From positions 330,001-362,000 of the forward strand of contig NZ_BCZP01000001.1 of the NCBI RefSeq assembly GCF_001598795.1: a stretch of DNA of 32,000 bases, read 5' to 3'. The translations under genes and the position numbers were made by a program. The DNA is from Delftia acidovorans NBRC 14950 (lineage in GTDB: Bacteria; Pseudomonadota; Gammaproteobacteria; Burkholderiales; Burkholderiaceae_C). Of this stretch, positions 1 to 9,383 are shown piece after piece (positions within the stretch are counted from its first letter, which is position 1; each line of letters begins with the position of its first letter). The notes beneath the pieces are model-generated. The model was not told where the DNA came from, made no database searches, and saw nothing but the letters and a program-made list of their open reading frames with translations.

Positions 1-386
1 TCGCGGATGATGAGGATGTCCAGGCCCGCGACCAGCTCGGGCTTGAGGCTGGAGGCGTGGGTCAGTTCCGCATAGCAGATGGCCGGGCGGAAGTTGGCGA
101 ACAGGCCCATGTGCTTGCGCAGGCCCAGGATGGCCTGCTCGGGGCGCAGCGGGCGGTCCAGCGTGTCGTACTTCCAGTCGCCCACGGCGCCGAACAGCAC
201 GGCGTCGGCCTCCATGGCCAGCTTCAGCGTGGATTCGGGCAACGGGTGGCCGGCAGCTTCGTAGGCAGCGCCGCCCACGGGGGCCGTCTGCATGTCGAAG
301 TCCAGGCCCAGGGCGCCCAGCACCTTCACGGCTTCCGCAACGATTTCGGGGCCGATGCCATCACCGGGCAAGACTGCGATTTTCAT
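1..386 (-). CDS. leuB: 3-isopropylmalate dehydrogenase, N-terminal part (gene continues beyond the left window edge)
   Basis: Reverse-strand translation from the ATG at 386-384 reads [50 protein letters not shown]...[13 protein letters not shown], a canonical LeuB N-terminus. It lies directly downstream of leuD. It is absent from the ORF track because the window truncates it. Confidence 0.9.
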   Translation of the reverse strand, partial: MKIAVLPGDGIGPEIVAEAVKVLGALGLDFDMQTAPVGGAAYEAAGHPLPESTLKLAMEADAVLFGAVGDWKYDTLDRPLRPEQAILGLRKHMGLFANFRPAICYAELTHASSLKPELVAGLDILIIR

Positions 387-482
387 GGTGTTCCTTTTGA
401 GAGACTGTTCGGATGGTGGAAGGCCGCCGGCGGCTGGTTCAGCAACGCCTGCGGCCCATTGATGCGCGCAAGTGGAGATCGA

Positions 483-1136
483 TCAGCGCTGCACCAGCGT
501 GTGTGCCAGCCAGGGCTTGGTGGCCAGGCGCTCGGCCTCGTAGGCGCGGATCTTGTCGGCGTGGCGCAGCGTCAGGCCGATATCGTCAAAGCCGTTGAGC
601 AGGCAGAACTTGCGAAAGGCGATGACATCGAAAGGGATCTCCTCGCCCTGCGGGCGCACGATCACCTGGCGATCCAGATCAATGGTCAGCTCGTAGCCGG
701 GGAAGGCCGCGATCTCGTTGAACAGCATGTCGATCGTGGCCTCGGGCAGCACGATGGGCAGCAGGCCGTTCTTGAAGCAGTTGTTGAAAAAGATGTCGGC
801 AAAGCTGGGCGCCAGGATGGCGCGAAAGCCGTACTGGTCCAGGGCCCAGGGCGCGTGCTCGCGGCTAGAGCCGCAGCCGAAGTTCTTGCGTGCGACCAGG
901 ATGGAGGCGCCCGCATAGCGCGGCTGATTGAGCACGAAGTCGGGGTTGGGCTTGCGCGAGGCCGGGTCCTGGCCGGGCTCGCCATGGTCCAGGTAGCGCC
1001 ATTCGTCGAACAGGTTCACGCCGAAGCCGGTCTTCTTGATCGACTTGAGGAACTGCTTGGGAATGATGGCGTCGGTATCGACGTTTTCGCGGTCCATGGG
1101 GGCGACAAGGCCCTTGTGCACGGTGAATTGTTGCAT
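483..1136 (-). CDS. leuD: 3-isopropylmalate dehydratase small subunit
   Basis: 217 aa starting [31 protein letters not shown], with [13 protein letters not shown]. This is a typical LeuD, and leuC is upstream. Confidence 0.95.
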   Translation of the reverse strand: MQQFTVHKGLVAPMDRENVDTDAIIPKQFLKSIKKTGFGVNLFDEWRYLDHGEPGQDPASRKPNPDFVLNQPRYAGASILVARKNFGCGSSREHAPWALDQYGFRAILAPSFADIFFNNCFKNGLLPIVLPEATIDMLFNEIAAFPGYELTIDLDRQVIVRPQGEEIPFDVIAFRKFCLLNGFDDIGLTLRHADKIRAYEAERLATKPWLAHTLVQR

Positions 1137-1156
1137 GGCTGTATCGGATTCAGGGT

Positions 1157-1282
1157 TCAGCGGGCGGCGCGTTCGATGGCGCTGCCCGCGCTTTGCACGT
1201 CCTGGCCAATGCCCTTGACGGTATTGCAGGCGGCCAGGGTGAAGGCCAGGCCGATCAGGAGGATCGAGAAGGAGGGCTTCAT
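1157..1282 (-). CDS. small entericidin EcnA/B-family lipoprotein (41 aa)
   Basis: Hand translation gives [41 protein letters not shown]. It has a signal peptide with an L-A-A-C lipobox and a short mature peptide with the GxGxD.xxAG pattern of entericidins. It fills the leuC-leuD gap, where this small gene commonly sits in Burkholderiales. It falls below the ORF-track length cutoff. Confidence 0.75.
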   Translation of the reverse strand: MKPSFSILLIGLAFTLAACNTVKGIGQDVQSAGSAIERAAR

Positions 1283-1313
1283 GGTGTGCAGGCGGGGCAG
1301 TTGCGGGATCGGA

Positions 1314-2735
1314 TCAGGAGAACCTGCGGATGTCCACGAAGTGGCCGTGGATGGCGGCGGCTGCAGCCATGGCCGGGCTCACCAGGTGGGTGCGTCCGCC
1401 CGCGCCCTGGCGGCCTTCGAAGTTGCGGTTGCTGGTGGAGGCGCAGCGCTCGCCGGGCTCCAGGCGGTCGGCATTCATGGCCAGGCACATGGAGCAGCCG
1501 GGCTCGCGCCATTCAAAGCCTGCCGCCTTGAAGATCTGGTCCAGGCCTTCGCGCTCGGCCTGTTCCTTGACCAGTCCGGAGCCGGGCACGACCATGGCCA
1601 GCTTGATGTTGCGCGCCACCTTCTGGCCCAGCTTCTTGACCACGGCGGCGGCCTCGCGCATGTCTTCGATGCGGCTGTTGGTGCACGAGCCGATGAAGAC
1701 CTTGTCCACGAAGATGTCGTCGATCGCCTTGCCGGGCTCCAGCGCCATGTAGGTCAGCGCGCGTTCGATGGCGCCGCGCTTGCTGGCATCCTTTTCCTTG
1801 TCGGGGTCCGGCACGCGGGCATCCACGCCCAGCACCATCTCGGGCGAGGTGCCCCAGGTGACCTGCGGCACGATCTCGCTGGCCTGCAGTTCGACCACGC
1901 GGTCGAACTTCGCATCGGCATCGGAGTGCAGCGTCTTCCAGTAGGAGACGGCGGCATCCCATTCGGCGCCAGTGGGGGCCAGCGGGCGGCCCTTGACGTA
2001 CTGGATGGTCTTGTCGTCCACGGCCACCAGGCCGGCGCGCGCGCCGCCTTCGATGGCCATGTTGCAGACCGTCATGCGGCCTTCCATGCTCAGGTCACGG
2101 ATGGCTTCGCCGGCGAACTCGATGGTGTAGCCCGTGCCGCCGGCCGTGCCGATCTTGCCGATGATGGCCAGCACGATGTCCTTGGCCGTGATGCCGGGGG
2201 CCGCCTTGCCGCTGACGTTGATCAGCATGTTCTTGGCCTTCTTGGCCAGCAGGGTCTGGGTAGCCATCACGTGCTCGACCTCGGACGTGCCGATGCCGTG
2301 GGCCAGTGCGCCGAAGGCGCCGTGCGTGGACGTGTGGCTGTCGCCGCAGACCACGGTCATGCCGGGCAGGGTGGCGCCCTGCTCGGGGCCCATGACGTGG
2401 ACGATGCCTTGACCCTTGTCCATGAAGGGGAAGAAGGCCGCAGAGCCGAACTCGCCGATGTTGGTGTTCAGCGTGGTGATCTGTTCCTTGCTGATGGGGT
2501 CGGCAATGCCGTCATAGCCGCGCTCCCAGCCGTCGGTGGGGGTGTTGTGGTCGGCCGTGGCGACCACGGAGCTGATGCGCCACAGCTTGCGGCCGGCCAT
2601 GCGCAGGCCTTCGAAGGCCTGGGGGCTGGTGACTTCGTGCACCAGGTGGCGGTCGATGTAGAGGACGGCGGTGCCGTCATCCTCGGTGTGGATGACGTGC
2701 TCGTCGAAGATCTTGTCGTAGAGGGTGCGTCCCAT
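1314..2735 (-). CDS. leuC: 3-isopropylmalate dehydratase large subunit
   Basis: Aconitase-family sequence ([47 protein letters not shown]). The track ORF extends to 2780, but the conserved N-terminus begins at MGRTLYDK (ATG at 2735-2733). Confidence 0.93.
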   Translation of the reverse strand: MGRTLYDKIFDEHVIHTEDDGTAVLYIDRHLVHEVTSPQAFEGLRMAGRKLWRISSVVATADHNTPTDGWERGYDGIADPISKEQITTLNTNIGEFGSAAFFPFMDKGQGIVHVMGPEQGATLPGMTVVCGDSHTSTHGAFGALAHGIGTSEVEHVMATQTLLAKKAKNMLINVSGKAAPGITAKDIVLAIIGKIGTAGGTGYTIEFAGEAIRDLSMEGRMTVCNMAIEGGARAGLVAVDDKTIQYVKGRPLAPTGAEWDAAVSYWKTLHSDADAKFDRVVELQASEIVPQVTWGTSPEMVLGVDARVPDPDKEKDASKRGAIERALTYMALEPGKAIDDIFVDKVFIGSCTNSRIEDMREAAAVVKKLGQKVARNIKLAMVVPGSGLVKEQAEREGLDQIFKAAGFEWREPGCSMCLAMNADRLEPGERCASTSNRNFEGRQGAGGRTHLVSPAMAAAAAIHGHFVDIRRFS

Positions 2736-2798
2736 GGCGTTCTCGAATGGTTGGTGTCGTGGGGAAATTTTTGGGGGCATCCAGCGGCCAAGTGGCCT

Positions 2799-3743
2799 TC
2801 AGGATGCGCTGGCCGGCGGGCTCAGGTGCTCGACCAGCAGGCGGGCCGTGACGGGTAGCGCGTCGAAGTCACGCGCCACGATGCTCAGCTCGCGCCGAGC
2901 CCAGTCGTCGCTGAGCTCCAGTGCGCGCAGATGGCCCACGCCGTGCATGAGCTCGAAGGCGCGGTCGGGAATCAGTCCCACGCCCAGGCCGTTGTCGATC
3001 ATGCGGCACATGGCATCCAGGCTGGTGACCTGGATGCGCTGGTGCAGCGCATGCCCCGCCTGTGCGGCGGCCGCACGCATGGCCAGGCTGATGGAGGAGC
3101 CGGCCTGCAGGCTGACGATGTCCCATTCGAGCACATCGGCAAAGGCCACGCTGTCGCTGTGCGCCAGCGCGTGCTGCTCGGGCACCACGACGACCAGGCG
3201 ATCCTCGCGGTAGGGGCGGTGCTGCAGTACGGGTGTGGCCTGGCCATTGCCCAGCGGCATGTACGCCATGGAGCAGATGCCGATGTCGGCCGTGCCTTCC
3301 TGTACGGCAGCCAGTACGGCGGGGCTGAGCTGCTCCTGCAGGTCGATCTTGACCTGGCCGTGCTTGCGCGCAAACACGCCCAGGTCTTCCGGCAGGAACT
3401 GCACGATGGCAGACATGTTGGCGTGGATGCGCACATGGCCGCGCACGCCATCGGCGTACTCGGACAGCTCGCCCTGCATGCGCTCCAGGCCGTACAGCAC
3501 GTTGCGCGCGTGGTGCAGCAGGCTTTCGCCGGCAGGTGTGAGTGTCACGCCACGGCTGTGGCGATACAGCAGGGCCGTGTCCACGGTGGCCTCGAGGTCG
3601 GACAGGCGCTTGCTCACCGCCGAAGCGGCGATGAACTCGCGCTCTGCCGCTCGTCCGATGCTGCCAAGTTCGCAGACAGCCACGAACAGCTGCAGGGAGG
3701 TAAGGTCTATGCGCCGTGCAAAACTGCGCTCTGAATTCTTCAT
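2799..3743 (-). CDS. LysR-family transcriptional regulator
   Basis: N-terminal winged HTH (LTSLQLFVAVCELGSIGRAAEREFIAASAVSKRLSDLE) followed by a LysR substrate-binding fold. The preferred start is MKNSERSF (ATG 3743-3741), not the longer track ORF. Confidence 0.88.
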   Translation of the reverse strand: MKNSERSFARRIDLTSLQLFVAVCELGSIGRAAEREFIAASAVSKRLSDLEATVDTALLYRHSRGVTLTPAGESLLHHARNVLYGLERMQGELSEYADGVRGHVRIHANMSAIVQFLPEDLGVFARKHGQVKIDLQEQLSPAVLAAVQEGTADIGICSMAYMPLGNGQATPVLQHRPYREDRLVVVVPEQHALAHSDSVAFADVLEWDIVSLQAGSSISLAMRAAAAQAGHALHQRIQVTSLDAMCRMIDNGLGVGLIPDRAFELMHGVGHLRALELSDDWARRELSIVARDFDALPVTARLLVEHLSPPASAS

Positions 3744-3758
3744 GTGGTGGGGTTCAGG

Positions 3759-3775
3759 CTTCTCATTAGGAGAAG
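3759..3775. promoter_or_regulatory. candidate LysR-type (T-N11-A) operator palindrome CTTCTCATTAGGAGAAG
   Basis: Perfect 6-bp arms CTTCTC/GAGAAG separated by 5 bp, containing a T-N11-A core (TCTCATTAGGAGA). It lies 16-32 nt upstream of the LysR start, in the AT-richer divergent intergenic region. Confidence 0.4.
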
Positions 3776-3984
3776 TTGAATGGATTTTCTCGCACAAGTC
3801 ATCGATCTGTCATCTTCAAACGCGATGTCTTTGGTGATGTCGTGCGATTTCATGGAGATGGGGGTCATGCCTCGTGGCGATGGCTGCGGGCAGCCATGCC
3901 CGCCGGAACGCCGGTTGCATACTGAAAGAATTTGTCAATCTTTGCGCCAGTCGCCTGCATGGATTGCTGCAAAAATAAGAGCAT

Positions 3985-5250
3985 ATGAACGATCGATACC
4001 CGACGGGCCTGCGAGCCCTGCCTGCAGGCCTGTCATTGCTGCTGGTCGCAGCCCTGTCCTGCATGGCCGTCCCGGCGTCTGCCAAGCCGCAGCCACCAGC
4101 GAAGAACACGGCCAAGAGCGGCGCAAAGGCCCCCGCCAAGCCTGCGGCCAAGGCGGCTGCGAGGCCGACAGGCAAGACCGCCGTCAAATCCAAGGGCAAG
4201 CCGGCACCTGTTACCACCCGCAGCGCACCTGCCAAGGCGGCCGCCGCTGCAGGCGTGGTGGGCGGCGCTGCCGCAGCGGGGGCTGCTGCTGCTGCAACTG
4301 CAGCCGCAGGTGGCGGCGCGTCCAAGGGCGAGCCCGGCCTGAGCGCGGCCGAGGTTGCAGCGCTGCACCAGCATGCCGAGCAGGGCGAGGCCAGCGCCCA
4401 GTACGCGCTGGGCTCGCTGTACAAGCGCGGCCAGGGCGTTGCCCTGAGTGCCGAGACGGCGGCCCAGTGGTATGAGAAGTCTGCGCAGCAGGGCTATGCG
4501 CCAGCCCAGTCCGACCTGGGGTTGATGTATGCGAATGGCCGTGGCGTGGCGCGTGACGATGCCCAGGCCGTGCAGTGGTATCGCAAGGCTGCCGAGCAGG
4601 GCGATGCCGTTGCCCAGAACAACCTGGGCCTGATGCTGGCCGAGGGGCGCGGAGCCGCCAAGGACCCCGCGCAGGCCGTGCAGTGGTTCCAGCGCTCGGC
4701 CGAGCAAGGTGAAGCGGCCGGTCAGTACAGCCTGGGCGTGATGTATGCCACGGGCCGGGGCGTGGCCGAGGACGTGGCGCAGGCGCTGCGCTGGTTTGTG
4801 GCGGCGGCAGGCCAGGGCCATGTCGATGCGCAATTCAATGCCGGCATGCTCTATGCCGAGGGTGGCGTGGTCGATCGCGACATGGCGCAGGCCGCCCACT
4901 GGCTGGAGAAGGCGGCCGAGCAGGGCAATGCCGCAGCCCAGTCCAACCTGGGCGTGCTGTATGCCAATGGCCAGGGCGTGCCCGCCAGCGACGAGAAGGC
5001 CGCGCGCTGGCTGGAGCGTGCCGCCCAGCAGGGCGATGCGCTGGCGCAGTCCAATCTCGCCAGTCTTTATGCGTCGGGCAAGGGCGTGGAGCGCAGCCCG
5101 TCCCAGGCCTATTTCTGGATGCTGCTGGCGGCGGGCAGGGACACCTCGCTGGCCGCCAAGCGTGACAGCATGGCCCAGCCGCTGAGCGCGGCCGAGCGTG
5201 CACGCACCGAGCGCCAGGCGGCGGCCTGGAAGGCCAAACCCGCTCCCTGA
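3985..5250 (+). CDS. secreted Sel1-like repeat (SLR/TPR-like) protein with a basic Ala/Lys/Pro-rich linker
   Basis: Signal peptide (LSLLLVAALSCMAVPASA|KP), then a low-complexity AKPAAKAAA / poly-Ala segment (nt 4084-4332). Seven 36-aa Sel1 units follow, of the form AEQG.A.AQ..LG.MYA.G.GV..D...A..W..KA. Confidence 0.88.
   Translation: MNDRYPTGLRALPAGLSLLLVAALSCMAVPASAKPQPPAKNTAKSGAKAPAKPAAKAAARPTGKTAVKSKGKPAPVTTRSAPAKAAAAAGVVGGAAAAGAAAAATAAAGGGASKGEPGLSAAEVAALHQHAEQGEASAQYALGSLYKRGQGVALSAETAAQWYEKSAQQGYAPAQSDLGLMYANGRGVARDDAQAVQWYRKAAEQGDAVAQNNLGLMLAEGRGAAKDPAQAVQWFQRSAEQGEAAGQYSLGVMYATGRGVAEDVAQALRWFVAAAGQGHVDAQFNAGMLYAEGGVVDRDMAQAAHWLEKAAEQGNAAAQSNLGVLYANGQGVPASDEKAARWLERAAQQGDALAQSNLASLYASGKGVERSPSQAYFWMLLAAGRDTSLAAKRDSMAQPLSAAERARTERQAAAWKAKPAP
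4375..5130 (+). repeat. seven tandem, diverged 108-nt coding repeats (Sel1 units) inside the Sel1-repeat CDS
   Basis: The protein-level 36-aa periodicity runs from AEQGEASAQYALGSLYKRGQGV to AQQGDALAQSNLASLYASGKGV. The recurring DNA motif is gccgagcagggcgat/gaa...gcccag...ctgggc. Confidence 0.8.
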
Positions 5251-5273
5251 GTCCTGTTGAGCAGGCACCAATG

Positions 5274-5299
5274 AAAAACGCCTCGGAAGAGGCGTTTTT
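5274..5299. terminator. bidirectional intrinsic terminator between the convergent Sel1-repeat gene and dnaJ
   Basis: AAAAACGCCTC-GGAA-GAGGCGTTTTT, a perfect stem with an A-tract on one side and a T-tract on the other. Confidence 0.8.
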
Positions 5300-5319
5300 G
5301 TTGGAGGCTCAGTGCTGCA

Positions 5320-6462
5320 TCAGCTGAAGAAGCTCTTGAGCCTGTCGGTCCAGCTCTCGCCGCTGGGCGAATGCTTGGCGCCGCCCTTCTTGAGCGATTC
5401 CTCCAGCTCGCGCAGCAGCTTGCGCTGGTACTCGGTCAGCTTGACGGGCGTCTCGACCACGATGTGGCAGTACAGGTCGCCGGGATAGCTGGAGCGCACG
5501 CCCTTGATGCCCTTGCCGCGCAGGCGGAACTGCTTGCCGGCCTGGGTGCCTTCGGGGATGTCGATGGCCGCCTTGCCCGACAGGGTGGGCACCTCGATCT
5601 CGCCGCCGAGCGCCGCCGTGATGAAGCTCACGGGCACGTTGCAGTGCAGGTCGTCGCCGTCGCGCTCGAAGATGTCGTGGTCCTTGATGCGGATCTCGAT
5701 GTAGAGATCGCCCGCAGGCCCGCCATTCGTGCCGGGTTCGCCATTGCCGGAGGAGCGGATGCGCATGCCGTCGTCGATGCCGGCTGGAATCTTCACTTCC
5801 AGTGTCTTCTGGCGCTTGACCTTGCCCTGGCCGCCGCAGCTGGTGCAGGGCTCGGGAATGATCTTGCCCGTGCCCCGGCAGTGCGGGCAGGTCTGCTGCA
5901 CGCTGAAAAAGCCCTGGCGCATCTGCACGCTGCCCATGCCGTTGCAGGTGGTGCAGGTCTTGGCGCTGGTGCCGGGCTTGGCGCCGCTGCCGTGGCAGGT
6001 GTCGCAGCCATCCCAGCTGGGGATGCGGATCTGCGCATCCTTGCCGTGGGCGGCTTCCTCCAGCGTGATCTCCATGGCGTAGCTGAGATCGTTGCCGCGG
6101 TAGACCTGGCGGCCGCCACCGGCGCCCCCGCGTCTGCCGCCACCCTGGTTGAACATGTCGCCAAAGATGTCGCCAAAGGCTTCGGCAAAGCCACCAAAGC
6201 CTTCGGCGCCGCCGCCCATGCCGCGGTTGGGGTCCACGCCCGCATGGCCGTACTGGTCGTAGGCCGCGCGCTTGTTGCTGTCGGAGAGCATCTCGTAGGC
6301 CTCCTTGGCCTCCTTGAATTTCTCTTCCGCCCCGCTTGCGGCATCCCCCTGGTTGCGGTCAGGGTGGTACTTCATCGCCAGCTTGCGATAAGCCTTCTTG
6401 ATGTCGTCGTCCGAGGCGTTCTTGGCAACGCCGAGGACCTCGTAAAAATCGCGTTTGGACAT
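5320..6462 (-). CDS. dnaJ: molecular chaperone DnaJ (Hsp40)
   Basis: J domain with HPD (DFYEVLGV...YHPDRN), a Gly/Phe-rich region, and four CxxCxGxG zinc-finger repeats ([32 protein letters not shown]). Confidence 0.97.
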   Translation of the reverse strand: MSKRDFYEVLGVAKNASDDDIKKAYRKLAMKYHPDRNQGDAASGAEEKFKEAKEAYEMLSDSNKRAAYDQYGHAGVDPNRGMGGGAEGFGGFAEAFGDIFGDMFNQGGGRRGGAGGGRQVYRGNDLSYAMEITLEEAAHGKDAQIRIPSWDGCDTCHGSGAKPGTSAKTCTTCNGMGSVQMRQGFFSVQQTCPHCRGTGKIIPEPCTSCGGQGKVKRQKTLEVKIPAGIDDGMRIRSSGNGEPGTNGGPAGDLYIEIRIKDHDIFERDGDDLHCNVPVSFITAALGGEIEVPTLSGKAAIDIPEGTQAGKQFRLRGKGIKGVRSSYPGDLYCHIVVETPVKLTEYQRKLLRELEESLKKGGAKHSPSGESWTDRLKSFFS

Positions 6463-6494
6463 GGTGTTTGCTAGCCAGTCAGTGAGAACAGGAA

Positions 6495-6530
6495 CGCCGC
6501 GTCAGCCCCTTGGCAGGGCCGAGCGCGGCG
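6495..6530 (-). promoter_or_regulatory. GC-rich stem-loop in the dnaK-dnaJ intergenic spacer (possible partial attenuator or mRNA processing site)
   Basis: CGCCGCG...CGCGGCG outer stem with an inner GCCC/GGGC stem and no U-tract. It sits between the dnaK stop (6563) and the dnaJ start (6462). Confidence 0.3.
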
Positions 6531-6562
6531 GCAAGCGGTCGTCAAGGGACCACGCGCTGGGT

Positions 6563-8512
6563 TCAGTCCTTCTTGACTTCCTTGACTTCGGCGTCAACGA
6601 CGTTGTCGTCAGCGGCTGCTGCACCGGCCGAGGCGCCTGCTGCACCTGCCGCTGCGGCGGCTGCTGCTGCCTCGGGGCCGCCGGCTGCCTGCGCATCGGC
6701 GTACATCTTCTCGCCGAGCTTCTGGCTCGCCGTCATCAGCGCCGTGGTCTTGGCGTCGATGGCGTCCTTGTCCTCGCCCTTCAGGGCCTCTTCCAGGTCC
6801 TTGACGGCGCTCTCGATGGCGGTCTTCTCGCCAGCGTCGAGCTTGTCGCCATGCTCGCCCAGGCTCTTCTTGACGCTGTGCACGGCAGCTTCGCCCTGGT
6901 TGCGGGCCTGGACCAGTTCCAGCTTCTTCTTGTCGTCGGCTGCGTTCAGCTCGGCGTCCTTCACCATCTTCTGGATCTCGTCCTCGGACAGGCCCGAGTT
7001 CGCCTTGATGGTGATCTTGTTTTCCTTGCCCGATGCCTTGTCCTTGGCGGACACGTTCAGGATGCCGTTGGCGTCGATGTCAAAGGCCACTTCGATCTGG
7101 GGCACGCCACGCGCTGCGGGCGGAATGCCTTCGAGGTTGAACTCGCCCAGCATCTTGTTGCCCGAAGCCATTTCGCGCTCGCCCTGGAACACCTTGATCG
7201 TCACGGCAGGCTGGTTGTCGTCGGCCGTCGAGAAGGTCTGTGCGAACTTCGTCGGGATGGTGGTGTTCTTCGTGATCATCTTGGTCATCACGCCACCCAG
7301 CGTCTCGATGCCCAGCGACAGCGGCGTCACGTCCAGCAGCAGCACGTCCTTGCGGTCGCCCGACAGAACCTGGCCCTGCACGGCGGCGCCCACGGCCACG
7401 GCTTCGTCGGGGTTCACGTCCTTGCGGGGTTCCTTGCCGAAGAATTCCTTGACCTTCTCCTGCACCTTGGGCATGCGGGACATGCCGCCGACCAGGATCA
7501 CGTCATCGATGTCGGACACGGAAACGCCTGCGTCCTTGATGGCCGTGCGGCAGGGCGCAATGGTGCGCTCGATCAGGTCTTCGACCAGGCTTTCCAGCTT
7601 GGAGCGGGTCAGCTTGATGTTCAGGTGCTTGGGACCCGAGGCATCGGCCGTGATGTAGGGCAGGTTGATGTCGGTCTGGGCCGAGTTCGACAGCTCGATC
7701 TTGGCCTTCTCGGCAGCTTCCTTCAGGCGCTGCAGGGCCAGCACGTCCTTGGCCAGATCAACGCCCTGGTCCTTCTTGAACTCGGTGATGATGTAGTCGA
7801 TGATGCGCTGGTCGAAGTCTTCGCCGCCCAGGAACGTGTCGCCGTTGGTGGACAGCACTTCGAACTGCTTTTCGCCGTCCACATCGGCGATTTCGATGAT
7901 GGACACGTCAAACGTGCCGCCGCCCAGGTCATACACCGCGATCTTGCGGTCCCCCTTGTCGATCTTGTCCAGGCCGAAGGCCAGGGCCGCCGCCGTGGGC
8001 TCGTTGATGATGCGCTTGACTTCCAGGCCGGCGATGCGGCCTGCATCCTTGGTGGCCTGGCGCTGGGCGTCGTTGAAGTACGCGGGCACGGTGATCACGG
8101 CCTCGGTCACGGGCTCGCCCAGGTAGTCCTCGGCGGTCTTCTTCATCTTGCGCAGCACTTCGGCGGAAATCTGCGGCGGGGCCAGCTTCTGGCCGCGCAC
8201 TTCCACCCAGGCGTCGCCGTTGTCGGCACGCGAGATGGTGTAGGGCATCAGGTCGATGTCCTTTTGCACTTCCTTCTCGTCGAACTTGCGGCCGATCAGG
8301 CGCTTGGCGGCGTAGATGGTGTTGCGGGGGTTGGTGACGGCCTGGCGCTTGGCCGAGGCGCCGACGAGGATCTCGCCGTCTTCCTGGTAGGCAATGATCG
8401 AAGGCGTGGTGCGTGCACCTTCGCTGTTCTCGATCACGCGCGTGGTGTTGCCGTCCATGATGGCCACGCAGCTGTTGGTGGTGCCCAGGTCAATACCGAT
8501 GATTTTTCCCAT
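6563..8512 (-). CDS. dnaK: molecular chaperone DnaK (Hsp70)
   Basis: 649 aa starting [17 protein letters not shown], with [12 protein letters not shown] and [13 protein letters not shown]. This is unmistakably Hsp70. Confidence 0.99.
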   Translation of the reverse strand: MGKIIGIDLGTTNSCVAIMDGNTTRVIENSEGARTTPSIIAYQEDGEILVGASAKRQAVTNPRNTIYAAKRLIGRKFDEKEVQKDIDLMPYTISRADNGDAWVEVRGQKLAPPQISAEVLRKMKKTAEDYLGEPVTEAVITVPAYFNDAQRQATKDAGRIAGLEVKRIINEPTAAALAFGLDKIDKGDRKIAVYDLGGGTFDVSIIEIADVDGEKQFEVLSTNGDTFLGGEDFDQRIIDYIITEFKKDQGVDLAKDVLALQRLKEAAEKAKIELSNSAQTDINLPYITADASGPKHLNIKLTRSKLESLVEDLIERTIAPCRTAIKDAGVSVSDIDDVILVGGMSRMPKVQEKVKEFFGKEPRKDVNPDEAVAVGAAVQGQVLSGDRKDVLLLDVTPLSLGIETLGGVMTKMITKNTTIPTKFAQTFSTADDNQPAVTIKVFQGEREMASGNKMLGEFNLEGIPPAARGVPQIEVAFDIDANGILNVSAKDKASGKENKITIKANSGLSEDEIQKMVKDAELNAADDKKKLELVQARNQGEAAVHSVKKSLGEHGDKLDAGEKTAIESAVKDLEEALKGEDKDAIDAKTTALMTASQKLGEKMYADAQAAGGPEAAAAAAAAGAAGASAGAAAADDNVVDAEVKEVKKD

Positions 8513-8556
8513 TTTGAGTTCTCTCCGCGTTCTGTGAAATGTTTGAATGACTGCTA

Positions 8557-8584
8557 ACTTGTGGCCGGCAGGCGCTGCTTCAAG
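8557..8584 (-). promoter_or_regulatory. sigma-32 (RpoH)-type heat-shock promoter of dnaK
   Basis: The reverse strand reads CCCCTTGAA-GCAGCGCCTGCCGG-CCACAAGT. That is CTTGAA, a 14-nt spacer, and a -10 resembling CCCCATnT, about 45 nt upstream of the dnaK ATG. Confidence 0.6.
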
Positions 8585-8626
8585 GGGCTTTGCCTCTTTT
8601 TTGTCAACGCTGCCGTGAGCGCACGC

Positions 8627-9172
8627 TTACTGGGGCTGGGCCACGGTCACGAGGGCCGGGCGCAGGATACGGTCGGCAATCAGGTAGCCCTTTTGCAGCA
8701 CCGACACCACGGTGTTGGCTTCCTGCTGGGCAGGCACCATGCTGATGGCCTGGTGCAGGTTGGGGTCGAATTTCTCGCCGGCTGCCGGGTTGATGGTCAC
8801 GACCTTGTTGCGCTCCAGGGCAGAGGTCAGCTGGCGCAGCGTGGCGTCGGCGCCTTCGCGCAGCTGCTCTGGCGTGGCCTGCTGGATGGCCAGTGCGGCA
8901 TCCAGGCTGTCGCAGACGGGCAGCAGGCTTTCGGCAAAGCTCTCGATGCTGAACTTGCGGGCCTTGGAGACTTCGTCTTCCGCGCGGCGGCGCACATTCT
9001 CTGCCTCGGCCTTGGCGCGCAGGAACTGGTCGGCCAGCTCGGCGCTCTTGGCCTTGAGTTCGGCCAGCTCGGCCTGCAGGCGCTGCAGCTCGTCTGCGGC
9101 GTTGGCCGCCATGGCGGCTTCGATTTCTTCCGGGGCTGCGTCTTGAAAGGGGTTGGAGTTTTGTTCGGACAT
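8627..9172 (-). CDS. grpE: nucleotide exchange factor GrpE
   Basis: 181 aa with an N-terminal coiled coil ([35 protein letters not shown]) and a GrpE C-terminal beta domain ([21 protein letters not shown]). Confidence 0.95.
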   Translation of the reverse strand: MSEQNSNPFQDAAPEEIEAAMAANAADELQRLQAELAELKAKSAELADQFLRAKAEAENVRRRAEDEVSKARKFSIESFAESLLPVCDSLDAALAIQQATPEQLREGADATLRQLTSALERNKVVTINPAAGEKFDPNLHQAISMVPAQQEANTVVSVLQKGYLIADRILRPALVTVAQPQ

Positions 9173-9249
9173 GGATGGAGACTTCAGCTACAAAACAAAA
9201 AGATCGCCGCGCTGGAGGCCAGGCTTGGCGATTGCACGATCTTGAATCG

Positions 9250-9278
9250 AGATGCGAGCGGATCGGTGTATTTTCAAG
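9250..9278 (-). promoter_or_regulatory. sigma-32 (RpoH)-type heat-shock promoter of grpE
   Basis: The reverse strand reads CCCTTGAA-AATACACCGATCCGC-TCGCATCT (CTTGAA, 15-nt spacer, CAT.T -10), about 78 nt upstream of the grpE ATG. Confidence 0.55.
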
Positions 9279-9383
9279 GGCTTTGTGCCTGTGCCTGCGC
9301 ACTGCAGGTGCACACGGTGGGGGCAAAAGCCGGGCGAAGGGGTAAAAGCCCCACACGAATCCGGGGTCTCGGGCAGTGCGGAG

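Noticed and set aside
423-434. Perfect 12-bp palindrome GCCGCCGGCGGC in the leuD-leuB spacer.
   Set aside because: It is short and composed only of G and C in a 65% GC genome, so it is expected by chance. It has no flanking features that suggest function.
2736-2780. N-terminal extensions of track ORFs. Examples are leuC to 2780, LysR to 3797, rpsF from 9417, bcp to 15531, Mth938-like to 16014, mobB from 20334, moaD frame from 22028, moaE frame from 24285, the EamA transporter to 26243, clpB from 27168 and ALDH from 30355.
   Set aside because: In each case the conserved family N-terminus begins at an internal ATG with a better SD. The extension is non-conserved, or it overlaps a neighbouring gene or promoter.
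57-2858. 933-aa ORF on the plus strand. Similar very long ORFs occur at 6455-8557 (+), 12542-14539 (+), 16143-18908 (-), 18806-20434 (-), 20346-22028 (-), 27207-29783 (-) and 30013-31341 (-).
   Set aside because: Each lies antisense to or overlapping a gene with unmistakable conserved motifs (leuCD, dnaK, PhoH-like, alaA/hom, thrC, mobB/moeA, clpB, ALDH). Their translations are Ala/Gly/Arg/His-rich low-information strings. In high-GC genomes, stop codons are rare in the mirror frames of GC3-rich genes, so such ORFs arise by chance.
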